Positions 26,030 through 40,203 of a stretch of 64,000 nt of DNA are shown here, in pieces. Source of the stretch: Eledone cirrhosa (lineage: Eukaryota); assembly GCA_964016885.1 (NCBI GenBank), contig OZ024743.1:310806001-310870000 (forward strand), given 5' to 3'. Each line of letters opens with the position of its first letter. The first letter of the stretch is position 1. The notes under the pieces are model-generated. The model had not been told where the DNA came from, searched no databases, and was given only the letters and a program-made list of their open reading frames with translations. The translations under genes were made by a program, and so were the position numbers.

Positions 26030-29000
26030 GCTGCATTTATCTTGCTTTATGTTCATACGAGTTATCACCAAGTCAACCAGTGACCTCAAGAGACAACAAG
26101 GTCCACCATGTTCAAGAAAGAACATACATACTCACACATGCATCTTTAATTGTTTAAACTTGTGATGTACTTATATTGAGAGAATCTTCCTTCGTATATG
26201 GGCAGTTCCCATTAGTACTATCTTTTGTATTTCTCCTATACGCGGGTTTCCTGGGATTTACGATAAGTAATCATTAGACCCCTTAGGTATCATTCCTAGA
26301 GCGTCTACAACCACTGGTATTGTTTTAGTTCTCAATTTCCACATTTTTCCAATTTCTATCTCCAGGTCCTTATACTTGCTCAATTTTTCAAATGATTTTA
26401 TAGATACATTCTTGTCTATTGGAACGGACATATCAATTAGCAGGCATACCCTCTTTTAAAAGTCCTTCAATATTATATCAGGTCTATTTGCATCTATTTT
26501 TCGGTCTGTTTGGATGCTAAAGTTCCACAAGATTGCGATGTGATCTTTTTCAAGTATGGGAGGTGGTTGATGCTCCCACCAATTCTTTTGATGGGGCAGG
26601 TCAAAATGCTTACACATTATCCAATGTATGTATTGTGCAGCTCTGTCATGCCTGTTTAGGTATTCGGTTGGAGCTATAGGACTGCACATTGAAATTATAT
26701 GGTCAATGGTCTCTGGTTGTTTTTTACATACACAGCATAATGGGCTGTATCCATTTTTTATTATGTTGGCTTGGTAATTTTTTGTTGGCAGACACTGATC
26801 TTGTGCTGATATAATCAGTCTTTCAGTCTCCGATTTCAGTCCAGAGGATGCCAACCACTGATGGGTTAAAGTTTTGACGACATCTGGATTGTTAGCTCGT
26901 TCTGGGTATTTTCCATACAGAGGCTTTTCTTGCCATTTCTTAGCCAGTTTCTGTAGCAGTTCTTTCTTTGCAGTTACTTTTACCTGCTTTGCTTTTTCTG
27001 TGTTTTCTATTTCAACAGTAAATGGGGCTTCTGAAATTTGTAGTCCATTACTGTATCTTTGTGCATCTTTTGTAATGGAGTATGATCTTTTGATGCTTTC
27101 GTGTTTCAAAACGAGTTTGATCATCCAATCATGTGATTCCCTTAGATATGTAGATAATCCAATTGTTGCAGTTTTCAACGCAATGTCTAACTGGATTAAC
27201 CCACGTACTTCTTCTTTCCTAGGGAGATATATTCTATCTGTATCTGCCTTAGGGTGATGCATTCTGTGCATGGTTAAGAATTTTCGAATTTTTGTATCGA
27301 GCCTACGGATCTCTGTGCTTGACCAGTTGATGACATTGTAACTGTAGGTTACTACTGGTATGGCAAGCGTGTTTATGGCATCGATCCTATTCCTTGCATT
27401 CAATTCCATTCTTAAGATTGCTCTTACTCTGCGGTAACATTCCTTCCTTATCCTTTCCCTCATTGTCGAGGGCTTGATTCCGTCTCCTTCACAAACACCT
27501 AGATATTTGTAAGTTTCCTCTTGATCAAGTTCTCTTATCACATTCACCCGATCAAGATTAATGTCTGAACTTTTCAGCAGCTTTCCTCAGGTGAACGTTG
27601 CTTTGGCGCATTTATCTAGTCCAAACTCCATTTTAATGTCATCACTGAACTGCTCCACAAGGGATAATAGCCCTTGCAGTTGTTCATCATTTTTTGAAAA
27701 TAGTTTCAGGTCATCCATGTAGAGCAAGTGATTAATGGTTTTTTCATAGACTTTATATCCATGTTTTCTTTCATTGAGCATTTTACTTAATGGTATAAGT
27801 GCGATGCAGAATAAAAGCAGTGATAAAGAGTCACCCTGAAAAATTCCACAAGTAATATTAACTTCTCCAGCTTCCAGTGATTTTTTTACACTATTCAAAA
27901 GGAGTGTCGTTTTCCATGTCTTCCTGCTGAATGACAAAAACCTCCTGACAACGGGAGATATTTTGAAAATCTCTAAACATTTTTCAATCCAACTGTGTGG
28001 CAAACTATCGAATGCTTTTTTATAATCTATGCAAGCAATCGATAGATTTTTGTGTCTATTATGACAATCTTCCAGTATCAATTTGTTAACCAAAAGCTGA
28101 TGCTTACAGCCATATGAACCTCGTTTACACCCTTTCTGCTCAATGGGAAATAGGTCATTTGTTATCAGGTGGTCATATCTATATTCAGTTAGGAATGAAG
28201 TTAAAATGTTATACATTGTGGTCAAGCAAGTTATCGGTCTGTAATTTTTGGGATTGTTTGTCTCATCATTCTTCGGAAGCAGGAATGTAATGCCGTTAAC
28301 TAGCCATGATGGTACCTTTTCTGGCTCCTTAACTATTTCATTGTAAAGTTGGGCTAACAGCTCATGAGACTCTGTGAAGGCATTTATCCAAAAATTTTGT
28401 ATTTTGTCTTTTCCTGGGGATTTCCATTTGATGGCTTTTCTTAGAGCCAAACACAACTGTTCAACTGTTATATTTTCCCATATTTGTTCCTCAAGGTGAG
28501 CTGTATCTTTCATGTTTCTGTCTTTCCATGGGGTATGTATATTATGAACTTTTTCTTCGGCCCAGATCTTTTCCCAGAATTCTTGCACTTCCTCCTTGGG
28601 TGGTATTGATTTAGCAGTTATTGTTGACTTATCAATTTTTCTGTAGAAGTTTCTTTGGTTGTTTTTGAACATATTATTGTCCTTATAGAATCTAGATCGT
28701 TTTTCAAAGCGCCTTATACGAGCAGCTTTGGCCGACACTTTTTGCTTGATTATTTCTATCAGCATGTCTATGTCACTTCTTGATTTTATACTGTACTTTC
28801 TTTTCAATTTTCTAAGTTTAGTTTGTTTAACATGTTCACCTACTTTATAGTTTGTTAACATTTGTATGTCACATCGGAGAAGGTTTATTTGGCGATTGAT
28901 GTTCCCTTGCCAAGTAGATTTCTTGTGGGAATTCCTTTGTTTTTTTCATTTTCACTCCACATAATTGAGTGGTGACTTTAGCCGATGCATAATAGAGATG

Positions 29001-29985
29001 ATTTAAATCAGTAATATTTAGTTTGTTTGTGATGATAATGATTTTGAGAATTATGTTAATGTTGTGTATTATCTTTTGGTTCTGTTTGGAGTTCTGGATC
29101 TTAGGGAGGGTGTCTCGTTCCCCCATGTCAGATTCTTTCATTTCCATCCATTCGATCATAATTTCATCCTTCAAGTTGGCAAGTTAATCCTCATTCATTT
29201 CTTTATCATTTACGATCTCATTGTTTTCATTTGGCGTTTCATCTTGAGCATGCACTCCCTCCACTTTTTCGATCCTTTCTTTAATTTGTTCTGTTGCCAG
29301 TGATTCTGCCCCAACCCTGGGATTCGAAGTGTTACAATTTACCTCGTTTTCACTGACACATGTTTCATTTTCCCTTCGCTGACTTTGTGCTAATAGCTTG
29401 ATCTGATTAATTTCTATATCAGTTAGTAACTTTTTTTTTACAATATTTCTTCGTATATTGGCTAGTTTGTTACTGTCAATATAGCCTCTGTTTTCGGGAT
29501 GTTTCTTTTTCCAGTTGATATATGTCTGTTCTGTATTCGATGTATTTGATGGGTAGTACATGGCAGTGTAGAAAGCCTCAAGGACCTCTTTATTATCTTG
29601 CCTTGACCATTTTTCTCTCTTTTTCTTTGGATTTCTTGGTGGTGAGCATGGAGGGGCAACAGTAGGAGTATTCCGGTTATGGGAGGTCTCCAGCTCCGAA
29701 GAGATGGGAAGGTTTGAACCATTAGCTGATTTTTCGACCCCAGTCTGGTTCTTCTCTGAGGGACGCGGCCCTTTTTGACCCGGGTGACGGCCGATCCGGT
29801 ATGAGATTTTATCATTAGACACTTACTTTATTTTGTCGCGTTTTATCCTTATCCGCCAAGGGGTAATCATTTCGTGTTACCACTTCTAGGACGAATGTCA
29901 ACCAAGACTATAGGGGTCGTCCTCCCTAGAGACACGGCTATTTCCCGCCGGCCGCCATCCCGGTATTTCTTGGTCACGGGGTTTT
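26029..29985 (-). mobile_element. R4/Dong-type RLE non-LTR retrotransposon, copy 1 (full length, disrupted)
   Basis: ORF pieces 29184-29822, 28869-29174, 27587-28861 and 26456-27547, plus an RLE tail ending at 26171. Motifs are KSPGKD, NYRPITCL, GIFQGDSLS, YMDDLKL, C-x2-C-x7-H-x4-C and RPDIIL. It is a close copy of 30972-34925. Confidence 0.93.
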
Positions 29986-30289
29986 CTTTTTTGCTGTTAA
30001 ATTGTTATTATCATGAGTGGTTCCTTAATGTGAGCATTGCGTGGCTTAAGAATGAAATTATTAATAGTATAATATACTTTTTGCTGAAGTTGCCTGTTAT
30101 TGTTGTTGGCTATGTCGGTGGTGATGCTGGGGCTTCTTCTATTGTTGGTGGGGAAGGGGGAGCCAGCAGTGCCATAATCGTTGACGTTTGGCCGGTGGTC
30201 GGGTCACTAAGTCAATCTATTTATATATTTTGCTAGCCTCTCCCTTGTCTAGTTATACCGCCACCTTCCCCTTTCTTAAATTAACAGAA

Positions 30290-30909
30290 GGTAATGGGTG
30301 AATGGTGGTGGTAGCAATGAAGGCGTGGTGGCGGCGGTGATGGGATAGTGGTAGCATTGATGGATGGAGTGGTGGCGGCGGTGACTATAATGATGGTGTT
30401 GTCGTTACTGAGTTTTGTTGAATAGACTGTAGTTTTGTTTGATTTGTGTATCTATGCGTTTGTCGCGTATGTTTAACATATGTGTTGATATATTTTCTTA
30501 ATATTGGTATTAAACATTTTGTGAAAACTTGAGACAATAATAATAGTAATTATTATTATTATGCTGGGATTGGTGGAGGTGGTGGTGAAATTGCCGTTAT
30601 CTGGCTGTTGTATTTAGTGTACACAGAGGGGTGATGGTGTTGGTGGTGTATCTAGTTTCTGGTGTTGGTCAAATTGCTGTTATTTGGCTGTTCTATATAG
30701 TGTAGACAGAGGGGGTTTTCTTCCATTTATAACCATTTTCTTTTTTGAATATAAAATCTATAATACAAAATTGAATATTTGAGCGATATAACAACATATA
30801 TTATGGATCCGAATTTTTCTGAGACTTGAGTCTGGTGCTTTATGTATCATTTATACTAAGAATTGTTATTTCACAATTGATTTAAATATGTTAAAAATCA
30901 AAAACTTAC

Positions 30910-30910
<1 letters not shown>
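30290..30910. repeat. Interspersed repeat of unknown class, second copy at about 51230-51632
   Basis: Shared blocks ggtgtatctagtttctggtgttggt, ggctgttctatatagtgtagacagagg and ttgttatttcacaa.tgatttaaatatgttaaaa.tcaaaactta. Confidence 0.75.

Positions 30911-30971
<61 letters not shown>
30908..30971. repeat. (TTA)n microsatellite at the 3' end of R4/Dong copy 2
   Basis: Direct observation. Confidence 0.97.
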
Positions 30972-33900
30972 GTTGCATTTATCTTGCTTTATGTTCATAC
31001 GAGTTATCACCAAGTCACAACCAGTGACCTCAAGAGACAACAAGGTCCGCCATGTTCAAGAAAGAACATACATATTCACACATGCATCTTTAGTGTTTAG
31101 ATTTGTGATGTACTTATATTGACAGAATCTTCCTTAGTATATGGGCAGTTCCCATTAGTACTATCTTTTGTATTTCTCCTATACGCGGGTTTCCTGGGAT
31201 TTGCGATAAGTAATCATTAGACCCCTTAGGTATCATTCCCAGAGCGCCTACAACTACTGGTATTGTTTTAGTTCTCAATTTCCACATTTTTCCAATTTCT
31301 ATCTCCAGGTCCTTGTACTTGCTCAATTTTTCAAATGTTTTTATAGATACATTCTTGTCTATTGGAACAGACATATCAATTAGCAGGCATACCCTCTTTG
31401 AAAGTCTTTCAATATTATATCAGGTCTGTTTGCATCTATTTTTCGGTCTGTTTGGATGCTAAAGTTCCACAAGATTGAGATGTGATCTTTTTCAAGTATG
31501 GGAGGTGGTTGATGCTCCCACCAATTCTTTTGATGGGGCAGGTCAAAATGCTTACACATTATCCAATGTATGTATTGTGCAGCTCTGTCATGCCTGTTTA
31601 GGTATTCGGTTGGAGCTATAGGACTGCACATTGAAATTATATGGTCAATGGTCTCTGGTTGTTTTTTGCATACACGGCATAATGGGCTGCATCCATTTTT
31701 TATTATGTTGGCTTGGTAATTTTTTGTTGGCAGACACTGATCTTGTGCCGATATAATCAGTCTTTCAGTCTCCGATTTCAGTCCAGAGGATGCCAACCAC
31801 TGATGGGTTAAAGTTTTGGCAACATCAGGATTGTTAGCTCGCTCTGGGTATTTTCCATACAGAGGCTTTTCTTGCCATTTCTTAGCCAGTTTCTGTAGCA
31901 GTTCTTTCTTTGCAGTTACTTTTACCTGCTTTGCTTTTTCTGTGTTTTCCATTTCAGCAGTAAATGGGACTTCTGAAATTTGTAGTCCATTACTGTATCT
32001 TTGTGCATCTTTTGTAATGGAATATGATCTTTTGATGCTTTCGTGTTTCAAAACGAGTTTGATCATCCAATCATCTGATTCCCTTAGATATGTAGATAAT
32101 CCAATTGTTGCAGTTTTCAACGCAATGTCTAACTGGATTAACCCACGTCCTCCTTCTTTCCTAGGGAGATATATTCTATCTATATCTGCCTTAGGGTGAT
32201 GCATTCTGTGCATGGTTAAGAATTTTCGAATTTTTGTATCGAGCCTACGGATCTCTGTGCTTGACCAGTTGATGACATTGTAACTGTAGGTTACTACTGG
32301 TATGGCAAGCGTCTTTATGGCATCGATCCTATTCCTTGCATTCAATTCCGTTCTTAAGATTGCTCTTACTCTGCGGTAACATTCCTTCCTTATCCTTTCC
32401 CTCATTGTCGAGTGCTTGATTCCGTCTCCTTCACAAACACCTAGATATTTGTAAGTTTTTTCTTGATCAAGTTCTCTTATCACGTTCCCCCGATCAAGAT
32501 TAATGTCTGAACTCTTCAGCAGCTTTCCTCTGGTAAACGTTGCTTTGGCGCATTTATCTAGTCCAAACTCCATTTTAATGTCATCACTGAACTGCTTCAC
32601 AGTGGATAATAGCCCTTGCAATTGTTCATCATTTTTTGCAAATAGTTTCAGGTCATCCATGTAGAACAGGTGATTAATGGTTTTGTCATAGACTTTATAT
32701 CCATGTTTTGTTTCATTGAGCATGTTACTTAATGGTATAAGTGCGATGCAGAATAAAAGCGGTGATAAAGAGTCACCCTGAAAAATTCCACAATTAATAT
32801 TAACTTCTCCAGCTTCCAGTGATTTTGTTTCACTATTCAAAAGGAGTGTCGTTTTCCATGTCTTCATACTGAATGACAAAATCCTCCTGACAACGGGGGA
32901 TATTTTGAAAATCTCTAAACATTTTTCAATCCAACTGTGTGGAAAGCTATCGAATGCTTTTTTATAATCTATCCAAGCAATCGATAGATTTTTGTGTCTA
33001 TTATGACAATCTTCCAGTATCATTTTGTTAACCAGAAGCTGATCCTTACAGCCATATGAGCCTCGTTTACACCCTTTCTGCTCAATGGGAAATAGGTCAT
33101 TTGTTATCATGTGGTCATATGTGTATTCAGTTAGGACTGATGTTAAAATGTTATACATTGTGGTCAAGCAAGTTATCGGTCTGTAATTTTGGGGATTGTT
33201 TGTCTCATCATTCTTCGGAAGCAGGAATGTAATGCCGTTAACTAGCCATGAAGGTATCTTTTCTGGCTCCTTAACTATTTCATTGTAAAGTTGGGCTAAC
33301 AGCTCATGAGACTCTGTGAAGGCATTTATCCAAAAGTTTTGTATTTTGTCTTTTCCTGGGGATTTCCATTTGCTGGTTTTTCTTAGAGCCAAGCGCAACT
33401 GTTCAACTGTTATATTTTCCCATGTTTGTTCCTCAAGGTGAGCTGTATCTTTCATTTGTCTGTCTATCCATGGGGCATGTATGTTATGAACTTTTTCTTC
33501 GGCCCAGATCTTTTCCCAGAATTCTTGCACTTCCTCCTTGGGTGGTATTAATTTAGCAGTTATTGTTGACTTACCAATTTTTCTGTAGAAGTTTCTTTGG
33601 TTGATTTTGAACATATTATTGTCCTTATAGAATCTAGATCGTTTTTCAAAGCGCCTTATACGAGCAGCTTTGGCCGACACTTTTTGCTTGATTATTTCTA
33701 TCAGCATGTCTATGTCACATGTTGATTTTATACTGTACTTTTTTTTCAATTTTCTAAGTTTAGTTTGTTTAACATGTTCACCTAATTTATAGTTTGTTAA
33801 AATTTCTATGTCAGATCGGAGAAGGTTTATTTGGCGATTGATGTTCTCTTGCCAAGTAGATTTCTTGTGGGAATTCCTTTGTTTTTTCATCTTCACTCCA

Positions 33901-34925
33901 CATAAGTGAGTGGTGACTTTAGCCGATGCATAATAGAGATGATTTAAATCAGTAATGTTTAGTTTGTTTGTGATGATAATGTTTTTGAGAATTATGTTAG
34001 TCTTGTGTATTATCTTTTGGTTCTGTTTGGAGTTCTGGATCTTAGGGAGGGTGTCTCGTTGCCCCATGTCAGATTCTTTCATTTTCATCCATTCGATCAT
34101 AATTTCATCCTTCAAGTTGGCAAGTTCATTCTCATTCATTTCTTTATCATTTACGATCTCATTATTTTCATTTGGAGTTTCATCCTGAGCATGCACTCCC
34201 TCCACTTTTTCGATCCTTTCTTTAATTTGTTCTGTTGCCAGTGATTCCGCCCCAACCCTGGGATTCGAAGTGTTACAGTTTACCTCGTTTTCACTGACAC
34301 ATGTTTCATTTTCCCTTCGCTGACTTTGTGCTAATAGCTTGATCTGATCAATTTCTATATCAGTTAGTAACTTTTTTCTTACAATATTTCTTCGTATATT
34401 GGCTAGTTTGTTACTGTCAATATAGCCTCTGTTTTCGGGATGTTTCTTTTTCCAGTTGATATATGTCTGTTCTGTATTCGATGTATTTGATGGGTAGTAC
34501 ATGGCAGTGTAGAAAGCCTCAAGGACTTCTTTATTATCTTCCCTTGACCATTTTTCTCTCTTTTTCTTTGGATTTCTTGGTGGTGAGCATGGAGGGGCAA
34601 CAGTAGGAGTATTCCGGTTATGGGAGGTCTTCAGCTCCCAAGTGATGGGAAGGTTTGAACCATTAGCTGATTTTTCGACCCCAATCTGGTTCCTTTCTGA
34701 GGGACGCGGCCCTTTTTTACCCGGGTGACGGCCGATCCGGTATGAGATTTTATCATTAGACATTTACTTTATTTTGTCGCGTTTTATCCTTATCCGCCAA
34801 GGGGTAATCATTTCGTGTTACCACTTCTAGAACGAGTGTCAACCAAGACTAGAGGGGTCGTTCTCCCCTAGAGACACGGCTATTCCCCGCCGGCCGCCAT
34901 CCCGGTATTTCTTGTTCACGGGGTT
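30972..34925 (-). mobile_element. R4/Dong-type RLE non-LTR retrotransposon, copy 2 (near-intact)
   Basis: 5' UTR, a 1127-aa ORF, an RLE C-terminus in another frame and a ~140 bp 3' UTR ending in (TAA)n. Confidence 0.95.
31114..34763 (-). CDS. RT, CCHC knuckle and restriction-like endonuclease polyprotein with a single 1-bp frameshift near 31397
   Basis: 31380-34763 contains YMDDLKL, CRVCKKQPETIDHIISMC and RPDIIL. It continues as IDMSVP...EKLSKYKDL...IPVVVGALG...LRKILSI in 31114-31374. Copy 1 shows the missing A. Confidence 0.9.
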
Positions 34926-35629
34926 TTCTTTTTGTTGTTTTTATTTAAATTGTTATTATCATGAGTGGTTCCTTAATGTGAGCATTGCGTGGCTTAAGAA
35001 TGAAATTATTAATAATTGTCTCCACTCCAGGCACAAGGCCAGCAATCAATCAGTGCATTACAATAATATAATATACTTTTTGTTGTAGTTGGCTGTTATT
35101 GTTGTTGGCTATGTCGGTGGTGGTGCCGGGGCTTTTTATATTGTTGGTAAGGAAGGGGTGAGCCAGCAGTCCCATAGTTGTTGATGTCTCTAGCAAAGCT
35201 GCCTAAAAAAAGAGGGTCGAACAGAGGCTATGATAGCCGGGCTAGGTGGAAGTTTTATTATCACCTCGTGATGATAGAACTTCCATCGATTTCGACAACA
35301 TACGTTCAGCTACTCGATCAATTGAATATCCAATTCATGAATTAATGTGTTTGAGTATTCCAAAAACATGTGGTGTACTTTTAACGCATTTCTCAAGCTG
35401 AATCAGCGTAATACAATCCCTAAAAAGACTCTATAACAGGTACAATCCATCCGCCTTCTTCCACATAACTTCCGTTTCCTCACCCACATGCATGGGCTGA
35501 CATGAGCCTATACTAAATGATACTTGCCTAAGAAGTCATGCAATTAGATCAAACCCACGCCCACTACATTTCATAGTACTTACCATATACTAGAAAATAT
35601 TTAACTCAGAAGTGTTGTATTTGAGACAT

Positions 35630-35820
35630 TATTGTTTCTACTTTTGGCACAAGGCCAGTAATTATCCAGTACATTACTGGTACTTTATTTTATCGACCCC
35701 ATAAGGATGAAAGGCAAAGTTAACCTCGGCGGGATTTGAACTCAGAATGGCAAGGGCCGTAACTCTATGCGTCAAAGCATGGCGTCCGACGCCTCTAGCG
35801 ATACTGTCAATCCACCACCC
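35630..35820 (-). mobile_element. tRNA-derived SINE with TSD
   Basis: Family consensus flanked by tatttgagacatt on both sides. Confidence 0.93.
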
Positions 35821-36729
35821 TATTTGAGACATTATATTGTACATTCATACGTGTTATTTTTCTACTATGATAAATTTTACATTTTGTCAACAGGCAAATA
35901 GAGGGAAATATAATAGGTTCCTTTAAGTTGTTCGATCAAACCTCCCCTGTAATGACGTTGCCTTTTATTTCTTAAGAGTCAATAGAAATAAATCAGACCT
36001 GTAAATTCTCCCTTCCGACGGGGAGATCTCTCACCCACTTTGGTGTGAGTGAGAGATGTCTTCTCTTATGAAAATGAGTATAGCTTTCATTATGTAAAAT
36101 ATCCCCATTTTGCCTGATTTTCCCCGTTTTGGGGGCACTTTTTTCATAGTACTCTTCGTTTGGGCTTTTAGAGGTTGGCAAGTCTGAATAAGTTCTAAAT
36201 ATGTGGCTTGTGACTATAATAGATACCAATGATATTATAATTAATGATAATAGTAAAATGCAAACATGGTTGATCAGTGAAATAATCTATCCATCCAATT
36301 ATTCTTGGGAGAGTCGTGGTGGCATATTCCTCAAGCACGCCTACCAGCGTGTCCTATGAGAAGCAACGGTCTCTTATTGGTCCCTTTTTCTGACGACCAA
36401 ATGCTGAAACGCTTTGAACAAAATACTCTTTACGGACTTCTATGTTCTGAATCCTAATATCACCGATGTTGATTTGCATTTCATCTTTTGAGGATCGATT
36501 AATTAAAATGCCAATCAAGTAGCGAGGTCGATTTAGTTGACCCTTTCAAAAGTTGTTGACCTCATTTTAAAAACTGCACTTTTCTAAAAAAATAAATCAT
36601 ACACAAAACGCCAGCACTAACAGTTTTGCAAGAGATGTCAACATGAATGGATCTGTTATTTTTATCTAAAGACATTTTTTTCCAATTCCAACCCGCCCGT
36701 CCCCTCAATCTATCTTATTTTTCATTCTT

Positions 36730-36765
36730 TCTTCTGATGAAGGACTAGCATCTGAAACGTTAAGA
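36730..36765 (+). ncRNA. Minimal type-I hammerhead ribozyme motif
   Basis: tctt-CTGATGA-a-gga ctagca tct-GAAA-CG-TT-aaga. Helix I is 4 bp, helix II is short, and palindromic ACGT replaces helix III. A long (TA)n lies about 120 bp downstream. Confidence 0.6.
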
Positions 36766-36849
36766 CCGTCTTCCTGCTATATCAAGCGTTAACCTAATAT
36801 ATCCCTTCCATATACTGTACTGATTGTGTTGTTATTTCTGTTTACCTTT

Positions 36850-36882
36850 TACACACACACAGACACACATACATACATACAT

Positions 36883-36929
<47 letters not shown>

Positions 36930-36930
36930 C

Positions 36931-36981
<51 letters not shown>

Positions 36982-36982
36982 C

Positions 36983-37064
<82 letters not shown>

Positions 37065-37079
37065 GTATATATATATATA
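36850..37079. repeat. (CA)/(TA)n microsatellite
   Basis: Direct observation. Confidence 0.97.
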
Positions 37080-39664
37080 CCTTGGCTTCTACAGCTTCCA
37101 TCTACCATCTACGACACAACAGATTGATTAACTGAACGCTATAACAGAGGACGATTTTCCAAGAATCCACGCTTGAGCCCTGGACCCAGGAGAACGTATT
37201 TACGAAGCGAACTCTTTCACCACACCACCATACCTGTGCCTATGTTATTTTATTGACTAACTGTATATTAAAGTTATATTAAAGTATCTAACATGCAAAG
37301 ATTTTGTATATTCCGAGATAATATGATGTTAGTATTTAATAATGCTTTCTTTCGTGCTAAAATCTAATTTTGTTGAAAACGATTTTGAATTTCATCCTGG
37401 CGGGATTGCTAAAATAAATAAATACCACTTAAATACTCGGATAGCTAAATCGATATACTCCTCTCCGCAAAGTTCTGCTAGTTAGAAATCATTAATTTAA
37501 AAGGTCCTGGATGGTGTAAATTCAATAACAAATCTTGTTAAAATGCCTTGCGGTATTTAGTTACGTGTCTGTACGTTCGGTGTTCAAATTTCGCCGAGCT
37601 TGTCTTTATCTTTCATCGCATTTCAGAATCGATAACAATACTTGTAAACATGATATATAAGTGGTGGATTTAATCAAGTGTATACACCCCTGTCCAGCCC
37701 AGTGGATGTTGTTTTACATCAATGTAAAAATGAATCAATGTTATTTGTAATTCAATATATCTGTTTTCAGTATTCTGAATATTATCTTGCTTGACTTCGG
37801 AAGTAATTGGGTTTGATTTCAGTATTGATCTAGCAGCAACCATTTAAGGTATAAATCGTAATAGGTCCTTTTTTTATATTTGAAAATTATTTCTTCATTA
37901 AATGATGCGTTATTACGATGGCGAATAACAGAATCGATGTAGTATGTTATGTGACATTTAGTTAAATAATTGTGCGTTCTATTTTACACAATCAACATTA
38001 TCTCATTTTGCCAAAGCCGGAAATCATTAAACGACGCCATGTGGTGTTATTTCAATACACAGATTTAATTAGTCAAACATTCTTTTACAGCACAAACTGC
38101 TATTGCAAATTGTCAAATACAAAATCCAATAACGATTCTTTCTATTAACTTTCATTAAATAGATGACAAACAATTATCTGGCTAGTATCGAGATTACATG
38201 AAAGCACATGCCTGAGAGCGTTCAACGTATGATCGCAACTCTTTGCTTGAGCCCCAATCACACGTATTGTCGTTGAGCAAAACACTTTATTTCCCGCTGC
38301 TCCAGTCCATTTGTGTTGTGGGAAAAATGAATATTTTAATAATTTTAATTCAAACTTTGGTTTACAGAATCTCTCTAAGATTTACGTTAAGTTTACACAT
38401 TTCTATGTAATGTTCAGCCACTTGCACGGTGATATTTCGAGCAAGCTGTTTCATTAAGGAATCAATTCGAACAGTCGTCGTCGTAAACGATTGAGATCTA
38501 GTATGTAAATTATTGTTTTTATTGTGTCATATCTTACTGGTTAGATGTATGTGGGGGATCCTGAGTTTTATGCCACACTGTTTATATCGTCACTTGGAAA
38601 TATTGAGGTCAATAATATTTTGGAAAATGAAGGAGAATTCAACACTAAGTTGCATCCTATTGATTTAGAAAAGGAGGGCTCGAAAACATAACATATAAAC
38701 ACATATAAAGTAAAATATAAAGTAGTTAATTTTAATGGCAGGTAATTGCGAGTGGACTTCGAGGAAGAACGTGTTACCCCCAATTGTTACAACAAACTGC
38801 GTCCTTACTTTATGGCGTGATGTGACAAGAGAACTAAATTTCTTGTTGAACTGAAGTGTGAAGAAAAGTCTAAAATATGAATGACTTTGGTAATAGTGAC
38901 AAGCATGAGAATAGATGTATGTGAAGTATATATTTGGTCTGCAGTTAGATCTACTATTATCTATGAAACAAACTCTCCGCAATTAATGATACAAAATAAC
39001 TGCTGTGTGATAGGAGTATTCACAGCTTCCCGGTTTGATCTTGTAGCTGACTGGCACAATATCTGGACAATCCATGGTAATATTTTTGGTGCTCGCACTG
39101 AGGTGTGTGTGGGGAGGGGGGGGGGGGGGGTATGGCAGACTTTAATGAGGTTCGGTCGACGGTTGATGAAGGGAATGTCTTACGGTGGAAACGCTAATCA
39201 TTAAAGAAGACAATCGTTTGATCAGACTACGGAAACAACGTTTCTATTGATCTTTACATTGCTAGCATTAATTGCCGAGCACAACTGACATAAAGAAGAG
39301 GGATTTGAAGTGAGAATGCACAGAGCCACCTCAAATAACTGAAAGAAAACTATACGACTTATAATTAATTCCACCTATCTACCGCTCCTGGACTGGTACT
39401 TTATTTATAGATCCCTAAAAAAGTTGACTTCGATGGGATTTGAACTAAGAGTGTAAAGGGCAGGAATAAATCTCGAGATATTTAATTTGATGCCGAAACA
39501 ACACTGTAATTTAATCGCCTTGTAATAAAAAATAATAATGGCAATTATTGCATTTATTGATATTTAAAAATCTAGAAAACTTATTAAAACATCCAACCGA
39601 TACTACACATAATCATGTAAGTCATCATCATCACCATCATCATCGTCATCATATATATATATAT

Positions 39665-39957
39665 GATGACAAACTCGGAGCTGTATGGGAGCCTCCCAAA
39701 AATCAGCTCAAAAGTGACACAGAGGAGACTGAGGTTAGCTGGACATGCTCACCGACATCCATAGTTGACATTGCACTCAGTGCTCCTGTGGGAGCCCCTA
39801 CATGGACACACTGGAAGAGGAAGACCAAGGTTAACGTATGTTGATGCCATAAGAACAGACACTGGTCTGTTGGAGACGCAGGACATGGCAGCCATAATGA
39901 GAGACAGAGACCGCTGGAGAGAACTCGTCCATGGATCTCGGGAATTTTACCCGCCCT

Positions 39958-39962
<5 letters not shown>
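39665..39962 (+). mobile_element. RTE-like LINE 3' fragment, same family as 18626-18975
   Basis: QRRLRLAGHAHRHP...LLWEPLHGHTGRGRPRLTYVDAIRTDTGL...DRDRWRELV, flanked by (TA)n. Confidence 0.8.
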
Positions 39963-40001
<39 letters not shown>

Positions 40002-40096
40002 GTAGAACACTGGAAGGTAATATCCGTAGTGGTAGAGCACTCAGTCCATGGGACAAGTTAGGTAGAAGTGGTTACACAACAGTTAGTTCACCATAC

Positions 40097-40134
40097 CGAG
40101 AACAAATGTTTCACCTTAGCGGATCGTCAGCTCG
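40097..40134 (-). ncRNA. Type-I hammerhead ribozyme motif (inverted copy)
   Basis: The minus strand reads cgag-CTGACGA-tccgctaaggt-GAAA-C-ATTT-G-TT-ctcg. Confidence 0.65.
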
Positions 40135-40203
40135 TAATGGACATGGTTATAACCATATAACCATGTAACCATATAACCATATAACCATATAACTATATTC
40201 ATT

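Noticed and set aside
29840-29985. HDV-like ribozyme in the GC-rich R4 5' UTR (also 34780-34925, 50700-50790 and the RTE leader at 59600-59700)
   Set aside because: Such ribozymes are known in these clades, but I could not assemble the nested double pseudoknot by eye. An RNAMotif or Infernal search is needed.
37771-37848. Possible host exon (ttttcag...aag|gtata)
   Set aside because: Splice-like signals alone, with no recognisable coding content. RNA-seq would be needed.
38546-38690. Short open frame MYVGDPEFYATLFISSLG...
   Set aside because: Under 50 aa with no recognisable family.
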